The notes beneath the pieces are model-generated. The model was given only the letters and a program-made list of their open reading frames with translations, had not been told where the DNA came from and did not search any database. The translations under genes and the position numbers were made by a program. 18,268 nucleotides of DNA, from assembly GCF_900167395.1 (NCBI RefSeq), contig NZ_FUWK01000047.1, positions 1-18,268 on the forward strand. Direction: 5' to 3'. The DNA is from Nitrosomonas europaea (GTDB lineage: Bacteria > Pseudomonadota > Gammaproteobacteria > Burkholderiales > Nitrosomonadaceae). Below, piece by piece: positions 1 through 8,703 of this stretch (positions are counted from its first letter, which is position 1; each line of letters opens with the position of its first letter).

Positions 1-332
1 CTGTTCTGGAAAAAGATGTCATTTTCTGCAGCGATGGTGCGGCTGTTTATCGATCCGTGGCCCGCAGTCTTGGAATCACCCATCGTCCCGTCAATCTTGC
101 TGCCGGGGTTCGAGTCATCGCTGGTGTCTATCATATTCAGAACGTTAACGCTTACCACAGCCGGCTCAAACAATGGATGAAACGATTCCATGGCGTTGCT
201 ACCCGGTATCTGGAAAATTACCTCGGATGGTTCAGGTGGCTCGATCAACAGGAAAATCTCAGTTCACCTATTGTCCCACTGCAAGCCGCTCTCGGCCGGG
301 AAAATCAGTTTCAACTGTTAACGAATACATAG
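1..332 (+). CDS. IS1595-family (ISXO2-like DDE) transposase, C-terminal part, truncated by the left window edge
   Basis: The frame is open from nt 3, and the listed 57..332 ORF starts only at an internal GTG. The translation VLEKDVIFCSDGAAVYRSVARSLGITHRPVN...VYHIQNVNAYHSRLKQWMKRFHGVATRYLENYLGWFRW matches the C-terminal catalytic region typical of IS1595-type transposases. The IS end itself is not identifiable. Confidence 0.6.
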   Translation, partial: VLEKDVIFCSDGAAVYRSVARSLGITHRPVNLAAGVRVIAGVYHIQNVNAYHSRLKQWMKRFHGVATRYLENYLGWFRWLDQQENLSSPIVPLQAALGRENQFQLLTNT

Positions 333-557
333 CCTTTTGTAAGCTTATTGTTTATATTGGTACCTGCAGTCATAACACTTTTCACTGCTGGATTCCATAG
401 TCATAGTAATACCTGGTACCGGGTTATAAACTTCGGGAAACATCCGGAAGAGTGCACCTTTTTGAAATTCGGGTATTTATTTGGCCTCGATGAAGTGGAG
501 GATCTGCTTCAGAACGGGTGCAGACGACGTAAACAGATTATTGACAGAGGAAATACG

Positions 558-1826
558 ATGAAACGGGAAACACTCGCCATTCATGGCGGTTTTGCCGGCG
601 ATCCGCAGACTCATGCAGTCGCGGTCCCCATTTACCAGACCACCAGCTACTATTTTGATGATACTCAGCACGGGGCTGATTTGTTTGATCTGAAGGTGCA
701 GGGTAACATCTACACACGCATCATGAACCCGACTACTGCTGTCCTGGAAGAAAGAGTGGCGTTACTGGAAGGAGGAGTGGGAGCGCTGGCCATGGCTTCC
801 GGCATGGCCGCCATTACAGCCTGTGTGCAGACTCTGGCCAGGGCGGGCGACAACATTATCTCCACCAGCCAGGTTTACGGTGGCACCTATAATTTCTTTT
901 GCCATACGTTGCCCAATCTGGGTATTGAAGTTCGCATGGTGGATGGTCGTAATCCGGCCGCTTTTGCCGATGCCATCGATGACAATACCAGAATGATTTA
1001 TTGCGAGTCGATCGGAAATCCGGCCGGTAATGTGGTGGATATCGCCGCACTGGCTGAAGTGGCGCATGCAGCGGGCGTGCCGCTGGTAGTGGACAATACC
1101 GTACCAACCCCGGTGCTTTGTCGTCCTTTCGAACATGGTGCCGATATCGTCGTCCATGCGCTGACCAAATACATGGGTGGTCACGGCACCAGCATCGGCG
1201 GAATCATCGTGGATTCCGGCAAGTTCCCCTGGGAAGGCAACTCGCGTTTTCCACAATTCAACCAACCTGATCCCAGCTATCACGGTGTGGTTTATGTGGA
1301 TGCATTTGGTCCGGCTGCGTTTATCGGCCGTGCGCGTGTGGTACCGTTGCGCAACATGGGAGCGGCAATTTCACCTTTCAATTCTTTTCTGATTCTGCAA
1401 GGTATCGAAACCCTGCCGTTGAGGATGGAACGGCATTGCACCAATGCGCTGGCGATTGCACGTTATCTGCAAAGGCATCCCAAAGTCAGCTGGGTCAATT
1501 TTGCCGGCCTTGAAGATAACCGTGATTACGCACTGGTGCAGAAATACATGGATGGCGGTATTCCCTCATCGATTCTGAGTTTTGGCATCAAGGGCGGGCG
1601 CGAGGCTTGTGCTCGCTTTATGGACAGACTGATGCTGATCAAACGGCTGGTCAACATCGGGGATGCCAAAACGCTGGCCTGCCACCCGGCGACGACCACC
1701 CACCGTCAGCTCAATGATGAAGAACTGGCAAAAGCCGGTGTCAGTGCTGATCTGGTGCGTTTATGTGTCGGCATCGAGCATATTGACGATCTGATTGCCG
1801 ATGTAGAGCAGGCTTTCCAGGATTAG
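558..1826 (+). CDS. metY: O-acetylhomoserine sulfhydrylase / aminocarboxypropyltransferase (PLP-dependent, Cys/Met metabolism family)
   Basis: The N-terminus MKRETLAIHGG is typical of this family. HALTKYMGGHGTSIGG contains the PLP-lysine motif, and the length from ATG 558 (422 aa) fits the family. The 70 codons upstream of 558 in the listed ORF (348..557) show no family similarity. Confidence 0.9.
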   Translation: MKRETLAIHGGFAGDPQTHAVAVPIYQTTSYYFDDTQHGADLFDLKVQGNIYTRIMNPTTAVLEERVALLEGGVGALAMASGMAAITACVQTLARAGDNIISTSQVYGGTYNFFCHTLPNLGIEVRMVDGRNPAAFADAIDDNTRMIYCESIGNPAGNVVDIAALAEVAHAAGVPLVVDNTVPTPVLCRPFEHGADIVVHALTKYMGGHGTSIGGIIVDSGKFPWEGNSRFPQFNQPDPSYHGVVYVDAFGPAAFIGRARVVPLRNMGAAISPFNSFLILQGIETLPLRMERHCTNALAIARYLQRHPKVSWVNFAGLEDNRDYALVQKYMDGGIPSSILSFGIKGGREACARFMDRLMLIKRLVNIGDAKTLACHPATTTHRQLNDEELAKAGVSADLVRLCVGIEHIDDLIADVEQAFQD

Positions 1827-3010
1827 GAATTTGTCGACGGGTTTTGGGTGGGTTTTACCTGTGGTGCAGTACGGCTTGTCAATAAAACATGTAACGCGAA
1901 TAGGAAGGCGATGCTCCAGCCTGAGGCGGCTATTATCAGCAGTGTCTCCCGGTAATTACTGAAATCTGCCGCCATGCGCGTTACGGCGGCGATCGACATG
2001 AATCCCGTCATGATGACGATTTGCGGTATGCGTGAAGGGTATTGTTTTACGTGCAGCAGCGTTACCCGCACGATGACGTTGGTCGCCAGGGTACCCAGTG
2101 CCCCGACGGTAATGGCATGTACTGCAGTGCTGAAATGACTGCCGCCATCCAGTTTTGCCCATCCCAGCAATATTAGTCCCAGCGCTAGCCAGCCATAACC
2201 CAGCCCGAGACAGATCAGATCAGGGCGTGCCAGGCAATGCCATAATTGCCAACGGAACAGGCGTATACCTGCCAGTACGCCACAGAGAATCAACAGCATG
2301 CCGGAAAACGGGACAGCTACAGGCGCCAACAGGTAAGCGGCTGCAATAGTGATGATCAAACTTGCTTCGATATTGGGCTGTACTCTGGCCCCCAGCTCCA
2401 TACCCTGGCGATAAAATTCTCCAGCAGCGGCGGGTGCCAGCATACGGCCACCGATGAACAGCATCAGCAACGCAAACAGTTGCACGCTTTCATCGATCAG
2501 ATAACGGTGCAGCAGGTATTCATCGAGCCGGCCGGCCAGAATGACAGCAATCGTGATCGCACAGATCAGACCGAGTAACGGGACGAGTGAGCGGTTACGC
2601 CATTTTTTGGCAGCCCACAGGCGGGGGAGCAATTGCCGGGCAAACAGTATGACGAACAACGCATTGAATACCAGCGCAGGCCAGGCAAAAGGAGCAATCA
2701 GGCCCGCTATTCTTGCCAGCAGCCAGAAACACAGAAACCATACCAGTCGCCGGGCGGGCATGGGTCCCAGCAGGTAGCCTGCAATCAGCGCCGGAGCAAG
2801 ACCAAACAGCATTTCAAAAGCGTGCCCGGTTGGCACAGACAGTACAGCAGGGCCGAAACCGTGCCTTGCCAGCAGGGTCAGCGGGATGATGAGTGCTGCA
2901 TAAATGCACGCTGCCGTAAAAAACCAGCGGTGGGCGTACGCCCTGGTTTCTCCCGGAAGATACCGGGAAGATCCGTTGCCTGATTGTGCCGTATTCATTT
3001 TCATTGTCAT
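1823..3010 (-). CDS. nnrS: NnrS family membrane protein (haem/copper protein linked to the NO response)
   Basis: This is a 395-aa polytopic membrane protein. RWFFTAACIYAALIIPL...GHAFEMLFGLAPALIAGYLLGP matches the conserved NnrS N-terminal His motif. The exact start (3010, 3004 or 2998) is uncertain. Confidence 0.8.
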   Translation of the reverse strand: MTMKMNTAQSGNGSSRYLPGETRAYAHRWFFTAACIYAALIIPLTLLARHGFGPAVLSVPTGHAFEMLFGLAPALIAGYLLGPMPARRLVWFLCFWLLARIAGLIAPFAWPALVFNALFVILFARQLLPRLWAAKKWRNRSLVPLLGLICAITIAVILAGRLDEYLLHRYLIDESVQLFALLMLFIGGRMLAPAAAGEFYRQGMELGARVQPNIEASLIITIAAAYLLAPVAVPFSGMLLILCGVLAGIRLFRWQLWHCLARPDLICLGLGYGWLALGLILLGWAKLDGGSHFSTAVHAITVGALGTLATNVIVRVTLLHVKQYPSRIPQIVIMTGFMSIAAVTRMAADFSNYRETLLIIAASGWSIAFLFALHVLLTSRTAPQVKPTQNPSTNS

Positions 3011-3090
3011 GCTGCTGTAAACGGTTTCCAGGAAAGGAGCACGCCGGAGTGATTCCCTGTGCCGTGCAGCAGCGGTGGATCTGCGGTGTT

Positions 3091-4017
3091 CTAGTCGTTG
3101 TGCGTTTGCGCCTGGGTAATCAGGCTGCCGGGGGGTACGCTGCGTGTCAGCCAGACATTACCACCGATGGTGGAACCGTGCCCGATGGTAATACGTCCCA
3201 GGATGGTTGCCCCGGCATAGATGACGACATCATCTTCAACGATGGGGTGGCGGGCGATTCCTTTTACCAGTGTGCCGTTTTCATCTACCGGGAAATGTTT
3301 TGCACCCAGAGTGACAGCTTGATACAGGCGTACGTTTCTGCCGATGATGGAAGTTTCACCGATGACGACACCAGTACCGTGGTCGATGAAAAAACGTTCG
3401 CCGATCTGTGCACCCGGATGGATTTCGATACCGGTTTGCGAATGAGCGATCTCCGAAATCATACGGGCGATCAGCGGCATATTCAGTTGATACAGTTCGT
3501 GTGCCAGCCGGTGCCAGGTAATGGCAGCAACACCTGGATAACATACCAGTACCTCATCGATTCCCCGTGCTGCCGGATCACCTTCATAGGCAGCCAGAAC
3601 ATCACCATCGAGCAGGCGGCGGACTGCAGGCAGCCGTTTAGCAAATGCCTGGGTGATTTCAGCCGCTTGCGCATAAGTTTCCTGATCGAGCTCTTCGGTT
3701 CCCGAGTTGAAGTGCAGCTCGTGCTGAATCTGGACCAGCAGGGCGCGTAACGTTGAATTCAGGATATGGCCGACATAATGGTCGACTCCTTCCACTGCCA
3801 GATCAGAAGGTCCCAGTCGATTGGGGAACAAGGCCGTGCGCAGGCCTTCGATGACCCCGGCCAGAATTTTGCGGGAAGGCAGCCGGGGCGGCTTGAGGTG
3901 CCCCTGCCGGTCGAGAAGTGCGGTAGTGCGTACATTACGCAATTCAGCCACGACTTCGTTGATCTGCAAATGCGTGCTCTTCAGCAGCAAATCGCCTGCA
4001 ACACTGATATCTGTCAC
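3091..4017 (-). CDS. cysE: serine O-acetyltransferase (long form with N-terminal helical domain)
   Basis: The SAT N-terminal domain is followed by left-handed beta-helix hexapeptide repeats: IEIHPGAQIGERFFIDHGTGVVIGETSIIGRNVRLYQAVTLG...IVEDDVVIYAGATILGRITIG. Confidence 0.9.
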   Translation of the reverse strand: MTDISVAGDLLLKSTHLQINEVVAELRNVRTTALLDRQGHLKPPRLPSRKILAGVIEGLRTALFPNRLGPSDLAVEGVDHYVGHILNSTLRALLVQIQHELHFNSGTEELDQETYAQAAEITQAFAKRLPAVRRLLDGDVLAAYEGDPAARGIDEVLVCYPGVAAITWHRLAHELYQLNMPLIARMISEIAHSQTGIEIHPGAQIGERFFIDHGTGVVIGETSIIGRNVRLYQAVTLGAKHFPVDENGTLVKGIARHPIVEDDVVIYAGATILGRITIGHGSTIGGNVWLTRSVPPGSLITQAQTHND

Positions 4018-4281
4018 AATACCCCCTGTTTTTTATCATGATCAAACAATAAATACCCGGGAAAATGTTGCCCGGAGAACCTGCCGGCCATGCCGGGAAT
4101 CAGCCCGGCCCGATGGCTGTGGAATTGGAAAAACAGGCGGCCTATTGTACCCGCCCGCGTTACTTTTGTTACCTTGAGATTGTTGACTGACGCTTGGAAT
4201 GATCGATTGTGTGTTGCGCCAGTGTGCAGCCATGTGGGACTTAATCAGAGATTCCTTAACCGAAGAAGAGGAAAATAATTG

Positions 4282-5289
4282 ATGGATCAGTACCTGTTGT
4301 CTGGCGACATCGGTGGAACCAAGACTCTGTTACGTTCTGCCGTGGTAAGAGGTGAAGAGGTTGAATTCCATCATGAGCATCTCTATGACAGTCACCAGTA
4401 CGATGATTTTGACGCCATTCTGGCAGATTTTCTGGAGCGATCCGGCTGCCAGCCGGTTGCTGCTTGCCTGGCAGTAGCCGGGCCGATCGTTGAACAACAG
4501 GTTCATCTGACCAATCTGCCCTGGATGATCAGTGCAGCCGGCATTGCAGAAAAATTTTCGATTCCCGCCGTGAAAATTATCAATGATTTCGAGGGAACAG
4601 CAGCTTCCATAGAAATATTGCCGCAGGATGATCTGATTACATTGCAGGCCGGTAAACCTTCTTCTTCGGCAATGCGTGTCGTGCTGGGAGCAGGGACCGG
4701 TATGGGCGTTGCCTGGCTGGCCTGGCGCGGCCAGTACTATGAGCCCCTTGCGACTGAGGCGGGACATATCGATTTTGCACCGACCAGTGCCATTCAGATC
4801 GAACTGCTCCGGTATCTGATGGTCAGGTATCACCGTGTTTCGATCGAGCGGCTGCTTTCCGGCCAGGGGTTGACCCACATTTTCAATTTTCTGCAAACCC
4901 GCGCCACTGAAGGGACTCATCTCAAAAGTATCGAACTGAACGTCGACGATGGAGCCACCGTGACTCGTCTGGCATTCGAACATCACTACCCGATTGCCTT
5001 GCAGGCGCTGGATCTGTTCGTGGAAATTTACGGTACTTATGCGGGCAACCTGGCGCTGGCGGGGTTGTGCCGCGGTGGTGTCTATATTGCGGGAGGGATC
5101 GCACCACGTATCATCCGGATTTTGCAGCAATCCGGTTTCATCGAGGCGTTTTGCAACAAGGGACGATACAGTGCGCTGGTGCGTGATATTCCTGTGTATG
5201 TGGTAATGAATCCGAAGGCCGGTCTGCTGGGTGCCGGACTGCTTGCGCAGCGCATGCTGCAGCATCAGACTGTATCATCCCGGCAGTAA
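4282..5289 (+). CDS. glk: glucokinase (ROK-unrelated Glk family)
   Basis: Motifs seen are LLSGDIGGTKTLL (ATP-binding), LTNLPW, INDFEG, LGAGTGMGVA and EAGHIDFAP, and the protein is colinear with E. coli Glk. The ATG at 4282 follows a TTG at 4279, and an AGAGGA lies about 10 nt upstream. Confidence 0.85.
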   Translation: MDQYLLSGDIGGTKTLLRSAVVRGEEVEFHHEHLYDSHQYDDFDAILADFLERSGCQPVAACLAVAGPIVEQQVHLTNLPWMISAAGIAEKFSIPAVKIINDFEGTAASIEILPQDDLITLQAGKPSSSAMRVVLGAGTGMGVAWLAWRGQYYEPLATEAGHIDFAPTSAIQIELLRYLMVRYHRVSIERLLSGQGLTHIFNFLQTRATEGTHLKSIELNVDDGATVTRLAFEHHYPIALQALDLFVEIYGTYAGNLALAGLCRGGVYIAGGIAPRIIRILQQSGFIEAFCNKGRYSALVRDIPVYVVMNPKAGLLGAGLLAQRMLQHQTVSSRQ

Positions 5290-5349
5290 TGAAGGCAACA
5301 ATGAAGAATAGCATCTGCAAAGATGGCAGAGTAGCCGAAGGATAGCTGA

Positions 5350-6003
5350 ATGAACGGTTATGAAACCCTGATTGCGACACTGGCCTTGACCATGGGGAGT
5401 TCCTGGGCGAGCGGGATCAATCTGTATGCCGCATTACTGATACTCGGCCTGGGAGGTGCCACCGGCAACATCGCTTTGCCAAATGAGCTGGCGGTACTGG
5501 AGAATCCTTTCGTGATCGGGGCGGCGGCAGTTATGTACTTGATCCAGTTTTTTGCCGACAAGATCCCGGGCGTGGATAGCATCTGGGATGCGGCACATAC
5601 CTTCGTACGTATTCCAGCCGGTGCTATGCTGGCAGCCGGTGCAGTAGGAGACGTTTCCCCCGCGCTGGAGATTGCCGCGGGTATCCTCGGTGGTGGTACC
5701 GCGGCAACCAGTCATGCCACTAAAACCGGTACACGCCTGATGATCAATACTTCACCCGAGCCGGTAACCAACTGGACTGCCTCGATCAGCGAGGATTTGA
5801 TGGTGATTGCCGGGCTGTGGACGGCGCTGAATCACCCGATCCTGTTCATCATCCTGTTTATTGGATTCATCGGCCTGGCGATCTGGCTGCTGCCAAAACT
5901 GTGGACGCTGATCAGGGGATTGCTGATGAAAATGGCACGATTCCTGAGGATTACTTCTCCACCGGTTTCTACCGGTGATAGCGTCGGGCAGGAAGAAAAG
6001 TAA
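5350..6003 (+). CDS. DUF4126 domain-containing inner-membrane protein
   Basis: This is a glycine/alanine-rich polytopic membrane protein. SSWASGINLYAALLILGLGG...FFADKIPGVDSIWD resembles the DUF4126 signature. Function is unknown. Confidence 0.6.
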   Translation: MNGYETLIATLALTMGSSWASGINLYAALLILGLGGATGNIALPNELAVLENPFVIGAAAVMYLIQFFADKIPGVDSIWDAAHTFVRIPAGAMLAAGAVGDVSPALEIAAGILGGGTAATSHATKTGTRLMINTSPEPVTNWTASISEDLMVIAGLWTALNHPILFIILFIGFIGLAIWLLPKLWTLIRGLLMKMARFLRITSPPVSTGDSVGQEEK

Positions 6004-6050
6004 CCGTCTGGCGGGTATCTGTTTTCAATCCTGGCAGGCCGTTGAGATGG

Positions 6051-6413
6051 TCAACTTCCTGCATCTGCCATATTACCGCGAAAGATGAAGTATACGGCGC
6101 CAAGGATGCATAATCCCGCCCAGAGGTAGTCGAGTTTGAGTGGTTCCTTCATGTAGAACAGGCTGAAAGGAACGAATATCGACAGGGTGATGACTTCCTG
6201 CAGGATTTTGAGCTGCCCGAGGGATAAAACATTGAACCCGATACGGTTTGCCGGTACCTGCAGCATATATTCGAAGAATGCGATTCCCCAGCTGATCAGC
6301 GCTGCTACCAGCCATGGCTTGGTACTCAGATCCTTCAGGTGTGCATACCAGGCGAATGTCATGAATACATTGCTGATGGACAGCAACCCGATGGTAAGTC
6401 CAATCTCGCGCAT
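6051..6413 (-). CDS. small DMT-superfamily membrane protein (DUF486, half-EamA, about 4 TM)
   Basis: The protein is 120 aa. NVFMTFAWYAHLK...WGIAFFEYMLQVPANRIG is typical of DUF486/DMT proteins. It lies 24 nt downstream of pgl on the same strand and is the last gene of the minus-strand operon. Confidence 0.6.
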   Translation of the reverse strand: MREIGLTIGLLSISNVFMTFAWYAHLKDLSTKPWLVAALISWGIAFFEYMLQVPANRIGFNVLSLGQLKILQEVITLSIFVPFSLFYMKEPLKLDYLWAGLCILGAVYFIFRGNMADAGS

Positions 6414-6437
6414 GGTGAAATCCGATGCCCTGTTTCG

Positions 6438-7124
6438 TTAATCCGTTTCGAACAATTCTACCGGTTTGAATTGCATGAGCCGGACAAACGGTATGTTCTG
6501 ATCGGGCGATTCGATGAGCCGATCAATTAATTGCCTTTTTTCTTTTCCTGTAATCACCAGAATGATGCGGTCGCTGTTGATGAGTGCGTGCAGACTCAGG
6601 CTGATACGTAAAGAGGGCGCTGCCGGGGGGGTAGCAGTCTGACACAGGCTGGTGGTATCGGGATTGAGGGCCATACCGGGAAACAGCGAGGCAATATGGC
6701 CATCTTCTCCCAGCCCGAGGATGACCAGGCTGAATGGCTGCGGTAATTCTGCCAGGCGTGCATCGATGTCGGTAATTGCCTGATCGGGATGGATATGCCC
6801 GGTTTTGAGAGCGATGAAATGAGGCTGTTGCTGCATATGTTGCAGGAAATGTTCGCGTACCAGTCGCTCATTGGACTGCTCGCTGGTCGGTTCGACCCAG
6901 CGTTCATCACTCAGCGTAATGAAAACTTGCTGCCAGGGAAGATCCATTTGCGCCAGCCGGGGAAGATAAACCACAGGTGTGTGTCCGCCAGGAACGACCA
7001 GGCTGGCTTTGCCGTATCGTTCGATTGCATTGCGCAGCGTTACGGTAACCGATTGTGCCAATGCTTCGGACAGTAGGGATAAGTCGCTGAAAGCGTGACG
7101 CTCGGCTAAATGGCTACTGGACAT
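6438..7124 (-). CDS. pgl: 6-phosphogluconolactonase (Pgl/DevB type, NagB/RpiA-like sugar-phosphate isomerase fold)
   Basis: Motifs seen are VPGGHTP and LGLGEDGHIASLFPG. At 228 aa it fits the family. It overlaps the upstream HAD gene by 19 nt. Confidence 0.8.
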   Translation of the reverse strand: MSSSHLAERHAFSDLSLLSEALAQSVTVTLRNAIERYGKASLVVPGGHTPVVYLPRLAQMDLPWQQVFITLSDERWVEPTSEQSNERLVREHFLQHMQQQPHFIALKTGHIHPDQAITDIDARLAELPQPFSLVILGLGEDGHIASLFPGMALNPDTTSLCQTATPPAAPSLRISLSLHALINSDRIILVITGKEKRQLIDRLIESPDQNIPFVRLMQFKPVELFETD

Positions 7125-7762
7125 AAATCAGGCACGATTTCGACTGATTCCGGAAAGGGGTTGTCATCGCCTGGACGGACCCGGCCAAGAAATGCAATCC
7201 CGTTCTGATGGGCACTTTCGTAATCAACCAGCGCGTCACCGATCATCAATACACGTTCGGGTACAAGCGGATAGGCGGACAGAATATCGGCCACCAGTGT
7301 TTCTTTCAGCCTGGGGGAACCGCGCACTTCGGTAAAATAGCGGGACAAGTCGCGCTGTTCGACAATTATGCGTAATTCGCTCTCCGGTGTACCGGAAGCG
7401 ACGAACAGCGGAATCTGATCCACCATTCTGTGCAGTAATGCTTCCGCACCTGCGACCGGCTGGCAGGAAATGACGGCGTTCATGACCAGTTCGGAGAATC
7501 GCCGATCCAGTTCCTGTTCCTCTTCTTTGGTAAGCGGAGGATAGTTCAGCAGGTTTTGCTGGAAGTAGTGAAATTTGAGGTAGCGCGACATACCGCCATT
7601 GGCGCGATGGTAGGTGACTGCAGCCTGTGCGATCGTTTCGCCATGGTGGCGGTACAGTTCAGCGAAGGCCTGCGCCTTGATGTCACCGGATTCCACGATG
7701 ACACCATCGAAATCAAAAATGATGGCCTGCCAGTAGTCAGCAGGGCGGGTTGCTATATTCAT
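7106..7762 (-). CDS. HAD-IA family hydrolase (beta-phosphoglucomutase / phosphoglycolate-phosphatase-like phosphatase)
   Basis: HAD motif I is present as IIFDFDGVIVES, followed by a cap-domain-length insert and motif IV as MIGDALVDYESA. The substrate cannot be read from the sequence. Confidence 0.75.
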   Translation of the reverse strand: MNIATRPADYWQAIIFDFDGVIVESGDIKAQAFAELYRHHGETIAQAAVTYHRANGGMSRYLKFHYFQQNLLNYPPLTKEEEQELDRRFSELVMNAVISCQPVAGAEALLHRMVDQIPLFVASGTPESELRIIVEQRDLSRYFTEVRGSPRLKETLVADILSAYPLVPERVLMIGDALVDYESAHQNGIAFLGRVRPGDDNPFPESVEIVPDLCPVAI

Positions 7763-8703
7763 GCCTGATTATCAGTGGAAGAGGGAGTCGTACCGCCTTC
7801 TTCGTTGCCATGACTGATCTGCTGGTAAATTTCCTGGATGCAGTCGAGCAATCCCTGGCCCAGATCGACATGTTCATTGAGCACGAGTTTGCGGCCGACA
7901 CGTGGTTGAAATGCATAAGGCGTGATCTGATAATGGTGCCCCGGTTTGGCCTGATCGTAATGCAGATCGACATTCCAGGGTAACATTTCTGAAATCATGG
8001 TCATGACATCGCGTATGCGCAGCTTTTCCTGCCCGGTCAGGATCAGGTGCCGGTTGGCAAATTCCGGGGCGAGAATCTGCACGCTCATCCGTGCAGCATC
8101 CTCGACGTGGATGTATTCCCTGATCGATTCTCCACTGCCACGATAAGTGATGGCACGCTGCTGTATGGCTTCGTGCAGCATACGGTAGATACCGTTCCGC
8201 CTGTCCGAACGCCGGCCGTACAATGATCCGTAGCGCAGGATGGTATATTCCAGTCCATAACGTTCGTGATAGGTTTCGGTGAAGCGTTCAGCTGCCTGTT
8301 TGCTGGCACGATAAAAAGAACCGGTTTCCGAATAGACATATACGCTGCTGGCAAAGATGAAGCGGCGCACTCCTGCAAGCCGGGACGCCTCGAGCGCATG
8401 CATGTTGCCGAGTACATTGATGCTGGCTGTACCGAGCGGGTTGTCATGGGCTTCATCGATATCGGCGATGGCCGCAAAATTGTAGACGGCAGCAGCGCCC
8501 TGAACAGCATTGGATACCTGGCTGATATCCATCAGATCGCCGATGATCATTTCCTGATCGGATCGCCGGAACGGGGAGGGGTTACGGTCGAACAGGCGTA
8601 CCTTGTAGCCCGCATTGGACAGGGCATCAGCGACATGGCTGCCCAGAAAGCCGCCTGCGCCAAGTACGACAGCCGTTTGTCCGGGTTGTATCGTTTCACT
8701 CAT
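7759..8703 (-). CDS. NAD-dependent epimerase/dehydratase (extended SDR)
   Basis: A Rossmann motif VVLGAGGFLGSHVADAL and the catalytic motif YRASKQAAE (YxxxK) are present. At 314 aa it fits the family. It has a 4-nt overlap with the HAD gene and an 8-nt overlap with the dehydrogenase gene. Confidence 0.8.
   Translation of the reverse strand: MSETIQPGQTAVVLGAGGFLGSHVADALSNAGYKVRLFDRNPSPFRRSDQEMIIGDLMDISQVSNAVQGAAAVYNFAAIADIDEAHDNPLGTASINVLGNMHALEASRLAGVRRFIFASSVYVYSETGSFYRASKQAAERFTETYHERYGLEYTILRYGSLYGRRSDRRNGIYRMLHEAIQQRAITYRGSGESIREYIHVEDAARMSVQILAPEFANRHLILTGQEKLRIRDVMTMISEMLPWNVDLHYDQAKPGHHYQITPYAFQPRVGRKLVLNEHVDLGQGLLDCIQEIYQQISHGNEEGGTTPSSTDNQA

Noticed and set aside
348-557. A 70-codon N-terminal extension of the metY ORF starting at TTG 348.
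   Set aside because: The MetY family N-terminus (MKRETLAIHGG) begins at ATG 558. The upstream residues have no family similarity and would run through the likely IS end and leader region.
333-557. A possible SAM riboswitch or attenuator upstream of metY, including a bulged hairpin cttcggg-aaacat-ccggaag followed by cctttttg.
   Set aside because: I could not match S-box, SAM-II or SAM-V consensus elements by eye. The hairpin is short and bulged, and 8 nt separate it from a short T-run. A covariance-model scan is needed, and none can be run here.
4018-4281. The 264-nt cysE/glk divergent intergenic region, with GC-rich short palindromes (cccggg...cccgg, ccggcc atg ccggg) and a TTGACT hexamer near 4184.
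   Set aside because: The palindromes are too short and irregular to call a REP element or operator. No convincing -10 lies 16-18 bp downstream of TTGACT. I leave the region unannotated.
4330-5265. A 311-aa ORF antisense to glk. Similar long antisense ORFs occur at 762..1283, 2986..3750, 8266..8946, 10334..11128 and 14817..15524.
   Set aside because: Each lies fully inside a confidently recognised gene on the opposite strand. Their translations are Arg/Gly/His/Cys-rich and low in complexity, with no family motifs. These are typical shadow ORFs of moderately GC-rich coding DNA.
6625-6631. A G7 homopolymer (C7 on the coding strand) inside pgl. Other short homopolymers include T7 at 13572-13578 in the O-antigen-ligase gene and C6T5 at 17210-17220 in GT2.
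   Set aside because: All are in frame in the present sequence and shorter than tracts usually associated with phase variation. They give no evidence of frame disruption.
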